The notes beneath the pieces were generated by a model. It worked only from the letters and a program-made list of their open reading frames with translations, had not been told where the DNA came from and did not search any database. A program made the translations under genes and the position numbers. From Thermodesulfobacteriota bacterium (lineage in GTDB: Bacteria > Desulfobacterota > Binatia > Bin18): a stretch of 64,000 bases of DNA. The stretch lies in assembly GCA_964291405.2 (NCBI GenBank), contig OZ219926.1, forward strand, positions 4,257,958 through 4,321,957, given 5' to 3'. Shown here in pieces: positions 16,371 through 25,759 of this stretch. Position 1 is the first letter of the stretch, and each line of letters begins with the position of its first letter.

Positions 16371-17720
16371 CTACGCTGAACGCAGCGTCAAAATCGAAAT
16401 CTCCGGCGGAATCCCCAGCCGCATGGGATAGCCGTAGAACCCGACGCACCGCGTGACAAACATCTGCATATCCGCGCGACGATACAGCCCCTGGTCAGGG
16501 ATGCCGAGCAGGCCGACAACACTCAGCGCCCGGTCTTTGCCCAGTTGAATACCCGCGTGCCCGCCGTGGGTATGGCCGGACAACACTAGGTCGGCACAGC
16601 GCGCCGGCAGAGTAACAAAGGCGCGCGGGTCGTGGTTGAGCAGAACACGCGGAACCGCCTGCCGTGGACCCCAGGAGTCGATGATGCGACTGTAGAGCGC
16701 ATCTCGCTCAAAACGCTGAAAGAGAAAGTCCAGGCCGGCGAGTTCCAGGGGCTGTCCATCAATAGAGAGTGCCGTCACCCGATTGCGTAAGGTGGTGACG
16801 CCGGACTGGCGCAAATAGCGGACGAGGCGGTTGGGAGCGTCGAAGTCATGGTTACCCAAACAGGCCCACTGGCCGTACGGTGCCTTGATCCGAGCCAGCG
16901 CTTCGTACAGAGGGAGGTCAAAATCGCCGGTCCGATGCGTCAGAAAGTCTCCGGTATGCAGCACGATGTCGGGTCTGGCGGTATTCGTCAGCGCGGCAAC
17001 GCGCAGCAGCTTGGGGCGATCCATTTCCCCACCAACATGGATGTCCGACAAATGGGCAACCCGCAACCCGTCGAGTGCCGTGGGCCAGTCGGGCAGGACG
17101 AGGTCTCGCTCCTCAACCCGAAAATCATAGGTGAGCCTGACGCTTGACAGAGAAAAGAGAAACGGTGCCCCCGCACCCAGCAGGCCAAGCTGCTGCATGA
17201 ATTGACGCCGCTCGGGGGAGGGCAGGTTGTCGTGTTGGGTGTGCCGGGCCTTTTGCCTTAGGAACCATGCTTTCCCGCGCTGTACCAATTGGGTCAATCC
17301 TTGGAGAATGCCAAGGCCGACATAGCCAAACAAAAGGATGCCATAGGCGCTATACCAGAGAGCACCGATCCAGGAGATGCCAGGCGCGTGCAGGAACGGC
17401 AGCGGACTACCGGACCGAGCAGTCAGGATTTGCAGCGCCATAATGGCATCGAACATCATTCCAACTACGCTGAAGAGCACAAGCGACAGAGAAGAAGGTC
17501 CAAGCTGGCTAACGCAATGGGCGTGCAAACGTTGCCGGGCATACGAGAAGGGCACGATGGCGATCGGAACCATGGCGATCAAATACACCGCCCGCCAGGT
17601 GACCCACAGCCACATGGCACCGGCTCCCAAGAGCAGAAAGAGGTTGAGACAAATATGCCAGATGCATTGCGCGCGGCGGCTGGCCAGGGTGTTGAGTCGA
17701 GCGTGGACGGACATGGACAT
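16371..17720 (-). CDS. membrane-anchored calcineurin-like metallophosphoesterase
   Basis: Motifs LSDIHVGG, HTGDF, GNHD and GHTHGG. The N-terminal 160 or so aa contain several hydrophobic helices, followed by an internal Tat-like RRQFMQQLGLLGAGAPF segment. Confidence 0.8.
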   Translation of the reverse strand: MSMSVHARLNTLASRRAQCIWHICLNLFLLLGAGAMWLWVTWRAVYLIAMVPIAIVPFSYARQRLHAHCVSQLGPSSLSLVLFSVVGMMFDAIMALQILTARSGSPLPFLHAPGISWIGALWYSAYGILLFGYVGLGILQGLTQLVQRGKAWFLRQKARHTQHDNLPSPERRQFMQQLGLLGAGAPFLFSLSSVRLTYDFRVEERDLVLPDWPTALDGLRVAHLSDIHVGGEMDRPKLLRVAALTNTARPDIVLHTGDFLTHRTGDFDLPLYEALARIKAPYGQWACLGNHDFDAPNRLVRYLRQSGVTTLRNRVTALSIDGQPLELAGLDFLFQRFERDALYSRIIDSWGPRQAVPRVLLNHDPRAFVTLPARCADLVLSGHTHGGHAGIQLGKDRALSVVGLLGIPDQGLYRRADMQMFVTRCVGFYGYPMRLGIPPEISILTLRSA

Positions 17721-17732
17721 AAGCGATTCAGC

Positions 17733-19772
17733 CTACCGGACAGGGGTCCGCCTCAAAATCAGCGTGCCAAACCGATCAACCGTGGCCTGACAGTCCGGTG
17801 GAATGAGCGTGGTGGTATCGTACTGTTCAACCACCGCCGGACCAGTGAGAGCCGCTCCCGCTCCTAAGTGGGGCCGCGCATAGACCGGACAGGTCAGAAA
17901 GCCACGCGATTCAAAAAAGAAGACCGAGCGCGTGTCTGTAGGCTGAATGGGGCCGATCTGTTCGGCAATTGTCGGGAGCGCTGGTTTTAGCTGCGTCGCA
18001 ATGGCGGTTATCCGCAAGGTAGACAGACTGACATCCTTTCGGTCCTGAAACGAAAAGCCGCAGAGCTGCTCGTGCTGGTGATGAAACTGGGTGATTGCCT
18101 GGTGGAGGATGTCGCTGGTGAGCCTGCCCTGAGGAAGGTCGATCGTGAGATGGGTTGACATATCGACATAGTGAAAATCCACTGCCCGCCTGAACTGCCT
18201 GGGTACGTCCGGCAGGTGTTGCTGGTCCAAGGCGGCCTGGGCTTGGTGTTCAAGCTCTGTAAAGAGGTGAGTCAGCCGTTGGGGATCAAGCGCGGCGGCG
18301 TCGGATGGAGCGGGAGCGGCACAATCCTCCCGGATATCGGCACAGAACAAGCCGAAGGGAGCGGCAAACCCCGGCTGAGCTGGAACCACGACCGTTGATA
18401 TGCCGAGTAGCGCTGCAAGATCGGTGGCGTGTAACGGACCGGCCCCGCCTACGGCCATCAAAGTCGCCGCCCTGGGATCGCGGCCGCGCTGTGTACACAC
18501 ACGACGGATGGCTCCACACATAGTGTGGTTCACCAGTTGGACGATGTCCTGAGCGGTTTCTGTAGCGCTTTTGCGGCGCGACTGTCCGAAGGCAAAGAGC
18601 GCCTTTTCCGCGGCTTCCTTTGAAAGAGGAAGCGCCCCATCAAGCAGAGACGTGGGCAGCCGATGCAGCAGGAGATTGGCATCGGTAACCGTCACCTGTG
18701 CCCCGCCTTTGCCGTAACAGACCGGACCGGGGTCGGCGCCGGCGCTGAGCGGACCAACACGCCAGCGAGTATCCGGGTCCACCTGGGCAATGGAACCTCC
18801 GCCAGCCCCAATAGAGGTGATATCGACCATAGGGGTGCGGAGTGGATATCCGCCGATTTGTCCGTGCGTGGTGAGCACCGGCTGTCCGGCTCGGACGAGG
18901 GTGATATCGGTTGAGGTGCCACCCATGTCAAACGTGACCAGGTCGGAAAATCCACTTGCGGCTCCAACGCGGGCCATGGCGACTGCTGCCGCACTCGGCC
19001 CCGAGAAAACGGTTGCCAAAGGCCGCTGACCGACGCGCGCACCGCTGTGTAGGCCGCCGGACGACTGCATGATCAGCGGCGGCCGGTGCAGGCCACTCTC
19101 CTGCATGCTGTGTCTCACCCGATTGAGATGTTCCCCCATTAATGACTGGAGGGCCGCGTTCAGACAGGTGGCCGCGGTGCGCTCATACTCGCGTTGTTCG
19201 GGCAGGACATCGGACGAGAGCAGCACGTCTAAAGAGGGGTCTTCCGTGAGCAGCAGCGTTCTCAGCCGTCTTTCCGGTTCAGGGTTGCGAGCGCTGTGTA
19301 AGAGCGAGACGGCAATGGTCTTCAGATTTTGGGCATGACACCACGCCACGATTGCCCGTATCTCTTGTGCGGAAATGGGTATTTGCACATTCCCCCGGGC
19401 ATCAAGACGTTCGGTCACCTCATGGATATCCTCAAGCGGCACAACCGGCCGGGAAGGAAGGGGCGCAGAGGACTCGTCATCTCCCGCTTGTTGGGGCTGG
19501 TTCAACTCCAAAATATGGCGGAAGCCAGCGGTGATGAGCAGGCCGGTCCGCGGGAGGCGGTGCTGGAGTAAAGCGTTCGTGGCAATCGTCGTGCTGTAGA
19601 GGAGGGCGCTCGGACGCAGATGCTGCGTGTGGAGGGCGGAAAAAGCCGCTCGGAGGCTCTCGACTGGATCAGCGGCGGACGGGATTTTCCTGTGAAAGAC
19701 GGGGCCGCTTTCGTCATGGACGAGGACGTCGGTGAACGTCCCCCCAATATCAATGCCAACGGTTGGAGTCAT
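17733..19772 (-). CDS. hyuA: hydantoinase A / oxoprolinase family protein (second paralogue)
   Basis: MTPTVGIDIGGTFTDVLV..., MGGTSTDITLV, GAGGGSIA and PGPVCYGKGG. Start is taken at the internal ATG 19772; the ORF track extends to 19850. Confidence 0.88.
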   Translation of the reverse strand: MTPTVGIDIGGTFTDVLVHDESGPVFHRKIPSAADPVESLRAAFSALHTQHLRPSALLYSTTIATNALLQHRLPRTGLLITAGFRHILELNQPQQAGDDESSAPLPSRPVVPLEDIHEVTERLDARGNVQIPISAQEIRAIVAWCHAQNLKTIAVSLLHSARNPEPERRLRTLLLTEDPSLDVLLSSDVLPEQREYERTAATCLNAALQSLMGEHLNRVRHSMQESGLHRPPLIMQSSGGLHSGARVGQRPLATVFSGPSAAAVAMARVGAASGFSDLVTFDMGGTSTDITLVRAGQPVLTTHGQIGGYPLRTPMVDITSIGAGGGSIAQVDPDTRWRVGPLSAGADPGPVCYGKGGAQVTVTDANLLLHRLPTSLLDGALPLSKEAAEKALFAFGQSRRKSATETAQDIVQLVNHTMCGAIRRVCTQRGRDPRAATLMAVGGAGPLHATDLAALLGISTVVVPAQPGFAAPFGLFCADIREDCAAPAPSDAAALDPQRLTHLFTELEHQAQAALDQQHLPDVPRQFRRAVDFHYVDMSTHLTIDLPQGRLTSDILHQAITQFHHQHEQLCGFSFQDRKDVSLSTLRITAIATQLKPALPTIAEQIGPIQPTDTRSVFFFESRGFLTCPVYARPHLGAGAALTGPAVVEQYDTTTLIPPDCQATVDRFGTLILRRTPVR

Positions 19773-19853
19773 GTGCGTACAGAGCATGCGTGCCGTGCTG
19801 TCCCTTGTGACCCCGCTATACGAGAGAGGACCCCCTGGAAAAGCATGCACGCT

Positions 19854-20984
19854 CTAATCGGCAAAGCGAGGCATAACCTTGTTGGCGAACAGGTCAAGCG
19901 AACTGAGCACCTGTTCACGTTCATGAATCCCTTGCTGGATGAGGAGAAAACACTCTTTGATAGGGAATTTCTTGCTGGCTGTTTCAATACGGCGAGAAAT
20001 CGTATCCGGGTCACCAACCAATAACTCAGGATGTCCCTGGCCAAACGGGGTAAACCAGGTATCCCACATCCACATCGGGTCGGTCAGCCATTCCTGAGCC
20101 GTTGAGGTGTTTTTATGACAGATCATTGCGCCGCCCCAAGCGGCTTCGTCTCCGGGCTGAACATCATGCCCGTGTTTTAACGCCTCGTCGTGATAGCCGG
20201 ACCACAGTCGCTGACAGAAATCGAGGTCCGAGGCCAGGACAATCGGCTTGCCTCCGTAGCGTGCCCAGAAGAGCGCGGTGCGCATGCTATGGGTGAAACC
20301 GCCATAGATGGGCGGGTGCGGGTCCTGATACGGTTTGGGTGCAATACCAATCTCGCGGATGCGCATATCCGCATCCACACCTGTTCCATATTGCGTATAC
20401 ACCCCTTGCTGGTGCGGATTGACAAAGTCCTCAGGCGGAATCGTCCAGTATTTGCCCTGATAGCTGAAGGTGTCTTCCCTTAAAGCGGTGAGCACCACCT
20501 CGACGAACTCACGAAAATATTCGCGGTTCATATTGTCGTCTTCCGAATTACGATTCCATTCGCCGACCGCGTTCAGGTCGGGACGGATACGAAAATTATG
20601 CACCCAACGCGCCTGATAGCCGCGCACCATGCCGACCGCCAGGCGGCCTTTGAGCATGTGGTCGAGGGTCGCAATATACTCTGCCGTGCGAACCGGATTA
20701 TGCGTCGGTGCGACCCAGCCGACCATATTCACGCGGAGTTTTTTACTATGCTGGCCAATCCACATGGACAATAAGCCCGGCTCGTTGCTGGCTTCAAAGC
20801 CTTCGATTTGGAGATGATGCTCGGGATGCCCAAAGCCGGCGTAGCCCACCTCGTCCGCAAACTGGGTATACTCCGCCACTTCACTGAGCATACGCTGGTA
20901 GAGTTCGGGCCGCTTACCCGCCATACCTGCTTCGAGTTCGTGACGGCGGCCTAAGGTGGCATAGATGAAAAGGTGAAACTTCAT
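19854..20984 (-). CDS. LLM-class flavin-dependent oxidoreductase
   Basis: MKFHLFIYATLGRRHE..., GFGHPEHHLQIEGFE, GRLAVGMVRGYQ. Start is taken at ATG 20984 (GGGAG upstream). Confidence 0.8.
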   Translation of the reverse strand: MKFHLFIYATLGRRHELEAGMAGKRPELYQRMLSEVAEYTQFADEVGYAGFGHPEHHLQIEGFEASNEPGLLSMWIGQHSKKLRVNMVGWVAPTHNPVRTAEYIATLDHMLKGRLAVGMVRGYQARWVHNFRIRPDLNAVGEWNRNSEDDNMNREYFREFVEVVLTALREDTFSYQGKYWTIPPEDFVNPHQQGVYTQYGTGVDADMRIREIGIAPKPYQDPHPPIYGGFTHSMRTALFWARYGGKPIVLASDLDFCQRLWSGYHDEALKHGHDVQPGDEAAWGGAMICHKNTSTAQEWLTDPMWMWDTWFTPFGQGHPELLVGDPDTISRRIETASKKFPIKECFLLIQQGIHEREQVLSSLDLFANKVMPRFAD

Positions 20985-21116
20985 GTGGCAAACTCCCGTA
21001 TGGTTGAGGCGGTACCAGGCCTGGGTCGCTATGCTATCGGGTCTGCCAAAGAATGTGAAGCTCAATACGGAGCTGGCGCGCTCCAGGAGGCCAGGGCGGC
21101 GACAGCGTGGACGCGG

Positions 21117-22925
21117 CTACGACTCGGACACGGGCGGGGGGACGGACGGTGCTGGCGGAAAGCTCCCCGTGCTTGTGTCAGGTGCCGGGGCAGAATCTTC
21201 AGTGATGGGGAGTTCCACCCGTACCTCGGTGCCACGACCATGCTGGCTTTGTACCGAGAAACGTCCGCCACAGGAGACGGCCTGTTCGCGCATATAGAGC
21301 AGGCCGTAATGGCCGGGAAGGGACTGTTCCGGCTGAAAACCCTGCCCGTCATCTTTAATCATGAGGGACACGCCCTTCTGCTCAAAGGTCAGAGCAATCT
21401 GCACGTGGTTGGCCTTGGCGTGCCGCTGTATATTGTGGAGGGCCTCTTGGGTAATGCGAAAGAGCGTGCGGCTCGTTTGGGTCGGAAGAGGCCGATCCCC
21501 GTCATCCGCCCGCATGACTACCTCAAAGGGCTCTTGTTCCTGCAGGTCGGTCACATAGGCACGGAGTGCCTGCACCAGGCCGAAGTCTTCGAGCACCGGC
21601 GGTAACAACCCATTGGTAAACTGACGGACGAGCACGGAAATCGTATCCAGTTCGGCGGCAAGCTTGCTAAAGTGTTCCCGACCCGCTGGGGCATGTTGCA
21701 GGACGAATTCCTGAAAACCATGAAAGTCTTGGAAGATACGAAAGAGCCGTTCTTCTATCTGGTGATGCCATTCACTGACAATGCGCTGGCGTTCTTCTTC
21801 TTGCGCGTTGAGCACGGCGTGAAGGAGGCCGCGCAGCTCCCTCACCGACCGCCGGGCCTCAGCCAGTGTGTAGGCGCGCTGCACGACAGGCAGAGCATAT
21901 TGAGCAATGTCTGCGAGGACCTCGCTGTCTTGGGGGTGGAAACCACCGCGCTGTTTTCTATCAGACAGGAGAAAACAGCCGAGTAACGAGTCACTACCAA
22001 GCTGATGGATAAGGAGATGGCGTTGCGCCAATTCTCTTTCAGAGAGCGCTTGCAGACGCGTATAAATATCCTGTGAGGTATTGAGGACCCTGAGACCAAG
22101 GTTGAGGGCCGCCCGCAGGGCGCCGCCTTTGGCAAAGGAGCGATCCCACGTAGAAGGGGCAAGCGCCGGAAAAGACCCCGCCGTTTTGACCTTGACACAC
22201 GCCTGGGTGTCCGGATCAAGAAGGACGACGCACACACCACGGCAGGGAATACGTCGCAATACCTCATCAACAAGCTGTTGGAGGAGAGGGTCAATTTCCA
22301 AGAGTGCGAGTTTCTCTTGAAGGGGCTCGATTTGATCGGCTCGCTGAGGGTCTGGAGCCGCTTTCGGAGGGCTGTCCTGCAAGAGGCGTTGTGCAGAAAA
22401 AAGGCCTACCAGACCGGCAATACCAAAAAGCAGAGCACAGCCAGAGGCGAGGTTAGAGTAGAACTCGGGGATTGAGGCAGATGCCGGCGGAACAAGGAAG
22501 AGCAGCAGCCCTGAGGCTACACTCGCAGCGAACGCCATACCGAAGCCCGCCTGCCAGCCAAAGCGGAGCGTTGCGATCAGGGTGAGTCCATACAAATAGA
22601 CAGACAACGGGCTCAACAGACCACCACTGACGCCACACAGCACAGTGACAAAGACCACGTCACTCAACCCAATGGGAAAGGGAAGCGGCGTCCCTTTATA
22701 GTGACGGTAGGCAAAATATTGACCGAAGAGACAATACAGGACGCCGCCAAGAAGACAGTATTGCGTGACGGCTTGGAAAAGAGCAGGCGGATTGAACCAG
22801 AGAACCCCCACTCCGACCCCTAATGCAAGCCAGCGCAGCCGCGCCAGAACCTTCTCGCTCGGCGTGTGATGGGCTACCGTCCCTTGTAAGGGGGGAGCCC
22901 AGAACGCACCAGATATTGTTGCCAT
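21117..22925 (-). CDS. sensor histidine kinase (multi-TM, GAF-like, HisKA_3 + HATPase_c)
   Basis: Hydrophobic N-terminal third. H-box EEERQRIVSEWHHQIEERL. ATPase strings EALHNIQRHAKANHV, DDGQGF, GHYGLLYMREQA and GRGTEVRVELP. Pro-rich C-terminal tail. No response regulator is adjacent. Confidence 0.85.
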   Translation of the reverse strand: MATISGAFWAPPLQGTVAHHTPSEKVLARLRWLALGVGVGVLWFNPPALFQAVTQYCLLGGVLYCLFGQYFAYRHYKGTPLPFPIGLSDVVFVTVLCGVSGGLLSPLSVYLYGLTLIATLRFGWQAGFGMAFAASVASGLLLFLVPPASASIPEFYSNLASGCALLFGIAGLVGLFSAQRLLQDSPPKAAPDPQRADQIEPLQEKLALLEIDPLLQQLVDEVLRRIPCRGVCVVLLDPDTQACVKVKTAGSFPALAPSTWDRSFAKGGALRAALNLGLRVLNTSQDIYTRLQALSERELAQRHLLIHQLGSDSLLGCFLLSDRKQRGGFHPQDSEVLADIAQYALPVVQRAYTLAEARRSVRELRGLLHAVLNAQEEERQRIVSEWHHQIEERLFRIFQDFHGFQEFVLQHAPAGREHFSKLAAELDTISVLVRQFTNGLLPPVLEDFGLVQALRAYVTDLQEQEPFEVVMRADDGDRPLPTQTSRTLFRITQEALHNIQRHAKANHVQIALTFEQKGVSLMIKDDGQGFQPEQSLPGHYGLLYMREQAVSCGGRFSVQSQHGRGTEVRVELPITEDSAPAPDTSTGSFPPAPSVPPPVSES

Positions 22926-23085
22926 AAGGATACATACACCATACCCGATACCGCGTCATATTGTCCACTGTTCGCGGACAGTATGGGTCCACGTGAGCAT
23001 ACCAGGCGAGATATATTTGACGAATGCGGAGGAGGTCGGCTATAGGTCGTGTCAACGTATTGCACACGACAGAAAGGAGACCGTT

Positions 23086-23406
23086 ATGCTTCTCATGTTC
23101 AAAGCGAGGATTAACAAGCCTGCCGACATGTCGAACAAAGACTTTTATACCGTCTGGCGGAAAGAGTCCGAAGCCGCTCTGGGGGCGAAGGAAGCCGGCG
23201 TTATTCAAGGGATTTGGAAGGTTGCGGGCAAACCCGAGGTGCTGGTGGTCATGGATGTGGAGTCAGGCGATATGCTTGATCAAGCGATCAATGAGCTGCC
23301 GATCTGGAAGCTTGGCTATGCGCATATTGTCTCAGACGTGGAAATACTGCCCCTGCGTCCATACGAAAATTGGGCCGAAGATTTGAAGACCTTGTCCCAA
23401 GGTTAG
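23086..23406 (+). CDS. muconolactone delta-isomerase-like family protein
   Basis: MLLMFKARINKPADMSNKDF...GIWKVAGKPEVLVVMDVESGDMLDQAINELPIW...VEILPLRPY parallels the CatC pattern (ferredoxin-like fold). ATG 23086 is preceded by AAAGGAGA. Confidence 0.65.
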   Translation: MLLMFKARINKPADMSNKDFYTVWRKESEAALGAKEAGVIQGIWKVAGKPEVLVVMDVESGDMLDQAINELPIWKLGYAHIVSDVEILPLRPYENWAEDLKTLSQG

Positions 23407-23415
23407 ACCGTACAG

Positions 23416-23470
23416 GAGGCAGAGCAACGCCGTCTCAGCCATCGCGTTGCTCTGCCTCTATTGTCTTTTC
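23416..23470. terminator. Bidirectional rho-independent-type terminator between convergent genes
   Basis: Perfect 15-bp stem GAGGCAGAGCAACGC (23416-23430) / GCGTTGCTCTGCCTC (23444-23458) with a 13-nt loop, followed by TATTGTCTTTTCTG. Confidence 0.7.
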
Positions 23471-23473
23471 TGC

Positions 23474-24367
23474 TTAGTCCTCTTGTTTTACCTCAACTCC
23501 AGCGAGTTGTTCCAAGACCTTGACTAATGCTTGTGTTCCCTCGTCTCCAGCCCCCTGGCTTTCAAGGGCATGAAAGAGCTGGTGGACGAGGCTGGTGGCG
23601 GGCAGGGACAGCTTCAGCCGGTCGGCCTCTTGCAGCACGAGCCGCAGGTCTTTTTGTTGGAGCTTGATCATAAAACCAGGGGCAAAGTCCCGCTCCAGAA
23701 CACGGGGGGCGAGGTTCGAGAGTTGCCAGGAACCCGCGGCTCCGCCCTGAATGGCGTGTTGCATTTTCTTCAGGTCCAGCCCGGCTTTCGCTCCAAAAAT
23801 CAAGGCTTCGCTCATCGCCAGATTCGTCACCGCTACCGCGATCTGGTTGCATAATTTGGTGAGCTGGCCAGCCCCGCTCTGACCGACATGAACGATGTTT
23901 TTCCCCAGGGTTTCGAAGATGGGCAAGCATTGATTAAAGACGGCCTCCTCTCCCCCAACCATGATAGAGAGCGTGCCCGCAATGGCTCCTCCCTCTCCAC
24001 CGCTGACCGGGGCGTCAAGCATGGACGCGCCTTTTTCTTGAATCATGCTCGCTATTTCCCGAGTTGCTGTGGGAGAGATCGTACTCATGTCAATAACGAC
24101 ATTGTCTTGCGTAATGGTGTGTACGACGCCGTTTTCCCCGAGGAGCACCTGCTGAACATCGGGAGTGTCCGTGACGATGGTGACAATGATATCCGCATTT
24201 GCTGCCACTGCTTGGGGTGATGCTGCAGCTGCGGCTCCTGCCGCGACCAATTCTTCAACCGGGCTGTCGCTCCGATTATAAATGGTCAACGGGTAGCCTG
24301 CCTTGAGGAGATTCCGAGCCATGGGTTTGCCCATAATTCCCAGTCCGATGAAGCCAATCCGTTCCAT
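23474..24367 (-). CDS. NAD(P)-dependent 3-hydroxyisobutyrate / tartronate-semialdehyde reductase family oxidoreductase
   Basis: MERIGFIGLGIMGKPMARNLLKAGY (Rossmann GxGxxG), MLDAPVSGG and LMSEALIFGAKAGLD. Start is at the internal ATG 24367. Confidence 0.85.
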   Translation of the reverse strand: MERIGFIGLGIMGKPMARNLLKAGYPLTIYNRSDSPVEELVAAGAAAAASPQAVAANADIIVTIVTDTPDVQQVLLGENGVVHTITQDNVVIDMSTISPTATREIASMIQEKGASMLDAPVSGGEGGAIAGTLSIMVGGEEAVFNQCLPIFETLGKNIVHVGQSGAGQLTKLCNQIAVAVTNLAMSEALIFGAKAGLDLKKMQHAIQGGAAGSWQLSNLAPRVLERDFAPGFMIKLQQKDLRLVLQEADRLKLSLPATSLVHQLFHALESQGAGDEGTQALVKVLEQLAGVEVKQED

Positions 24368-24516
24368 ATCGTGTCTCCTCTTTTCTCTGTACGGCCTGTT
24401 TACGGCAGGATTCCTTGAAAAATCGAGCGACAACCGGTGTGAAGCATACACAAAAAAAGGACACTCACTTCAGAGTATCCTTTTTCCTGCGTGTCGAGTG
24501 CGTCGGCACGCCAGTC

Positions 24517-25167
24517 TTACGAAACGTCCTGTGTTTCCTCAACGTCGTCCAGCTCATCAATCAATTCCTCATCGTTGTCGGCCACAGGCGTCTTAGCTTG
24601 TGAGACAGCGGCCCGTTTTGTGCGACCGCGTATCGGCATCCGATTGCGGACTTCACGCCAGTGAAAACTACTCGGCGGACTCTGGAGACGTTCAAAGCTT
24701 GCCAGCAGCAGATCCTTGTTATCCGCCCGCCCAAAGCAATGATCACCAATCCACATTTCCCAGCCGGGGCGGATGCTTCCATCCGGTCCGATCAGGTCCC
24801 GCTTCACAAAGACCGGAGGCGTTGCGGCAGGCGACGATTCCTCTTCGAGTTCCTGCTCGGACGCTTGGGGAGGGGAAACCGGAGGGGTGACGGGCTCTGG
24901 CGGAGGAAGGGGGGGAGACTCCGTTTTCACTTCGGCTGCCTCCGGAGGGACTACCTCGGCAACTACTTTGGTGGGCGTTGTTTTCTTGGCTACTGTCTTG
25001 CTCTTTTTTGCGACTGTTTTTTTCTTGGCCGCAGTTCTGATCGACTTTTTCACTGGTTTTTTTGCAGATTTCGCCGTCGTCGTACTTTTCGTCTTTTTCT
25101 TGGCAGGCTTTTCAGACGGGCGGCTCTTCATGGTGGGCTCCTCTCGGCTGCCGGTCCAGGGTTCCAT
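24517..25167 (-). CDS. Lys/Ala-rich (histone H1-like) N-terminus + Pro-rich linker + unknown C-terminal domain protein
   Basis: KPAKKKTKSTTTAKSAKKPVKKSIRTAAKKKTVAKKSKTVAKKTTPTK is followed by PPLPPPEPVTPPVSPP. Then comes a globular-looking segment (FVKRDLIGPDGSIRPGWEMWIGDHCFGR...) and an acidic tail. No family recognised. Confidence 0.5.
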   Translation of the reverse strand: MEPWTGSREEPTMKSRPSEKPAKKKTKSTTTAKSAKKPVKKSIRTAAKKKTVAKKSKTVAKKTTPTKVVAEVVPPEAAEVKTESPPLPPPEPVTPPVSPPQASEQELEEESSPAATPPVFVKRDLIGPDGSIRPGWEMWIGDHCFGRADNKDLLLASFERLQSPPSSFHWREVRNRMPIRGRTKRAAVSQAKTPVADNDEELIDELDDVEETQDVS

Positions 25168-25253
25168 TTTCCCTGGAAAAATTCAATCCCCTCCCTGCCC
25201 GGAGCCCAGTATTAGAGCGGTTTTTCTCGACCGGCGGGGATGACGCACGGGGG

Positions 25254-25751
25254 TTATTCCAGTCGATGGGAGGGAGCTGCTCTGACGTAGGTGCCGCTTT
25301 TTCCACCGCTTTTGTGTTTGAGGCTGATGTCTGAGATGACCATGTCCTTTTCCACGGCCTTACACATGTCATAGATAGTCAGCGCAGTAACGGAAACCGC
25401 AGTCAGGGCTTCCATTTCCACTCCTGTCTGTCCATTAACTTTGACTCGCGCCTCAATGTCAATGTGGCCTTTTTCTTCGTCCGGCGTACATTCAACATGC
25501 ACCGAGGAGATGAGCAGCGGGTGGCACAGCGGGATGAGTTCCGGCGTTTTCTTGGCCGCCATGATACCGGCGACACGCGCGACCGCGAGCGTATCGCCTT
25601 TGGGCATCTGGCCGGTGGTAATGAGTCGAAGCGTCTCCGGGCGCATATGGATCGTCCCGGTTGCGATGGCCTCCCGCTCAGTCGCGGATTTCGCTCCCAC
25701 ATCAACCATCCGGGCCCGCCCCTGGAAGTCCGTATGACTCAGTTTTTTCAT
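25254..25751 (-). CDS. moaC: cyclic pyranopterin monophosphate synthase
   Basis: [46 protein letters not shown] and [23 protein letters not shown]. Start is at the internal ATG 25751. Confidence 0.92.
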   Translation of the reverse strand: MKKLSHTDFQGRARMVDVGAKSATEREAIATGTIHMRPETLRLITTGQMPKGDTLAVARVAGIMAAKKTPELIPLCHPLLISSVHVECTPDEEKGHIDIEARVKVNGQTGVEMEALTAVSVTALTIYDMCKAVEKDMVISDISLKHKSGGKSGTYVRAAPSHRLE

Positions 25752-25759
25752 GCTGGTGC

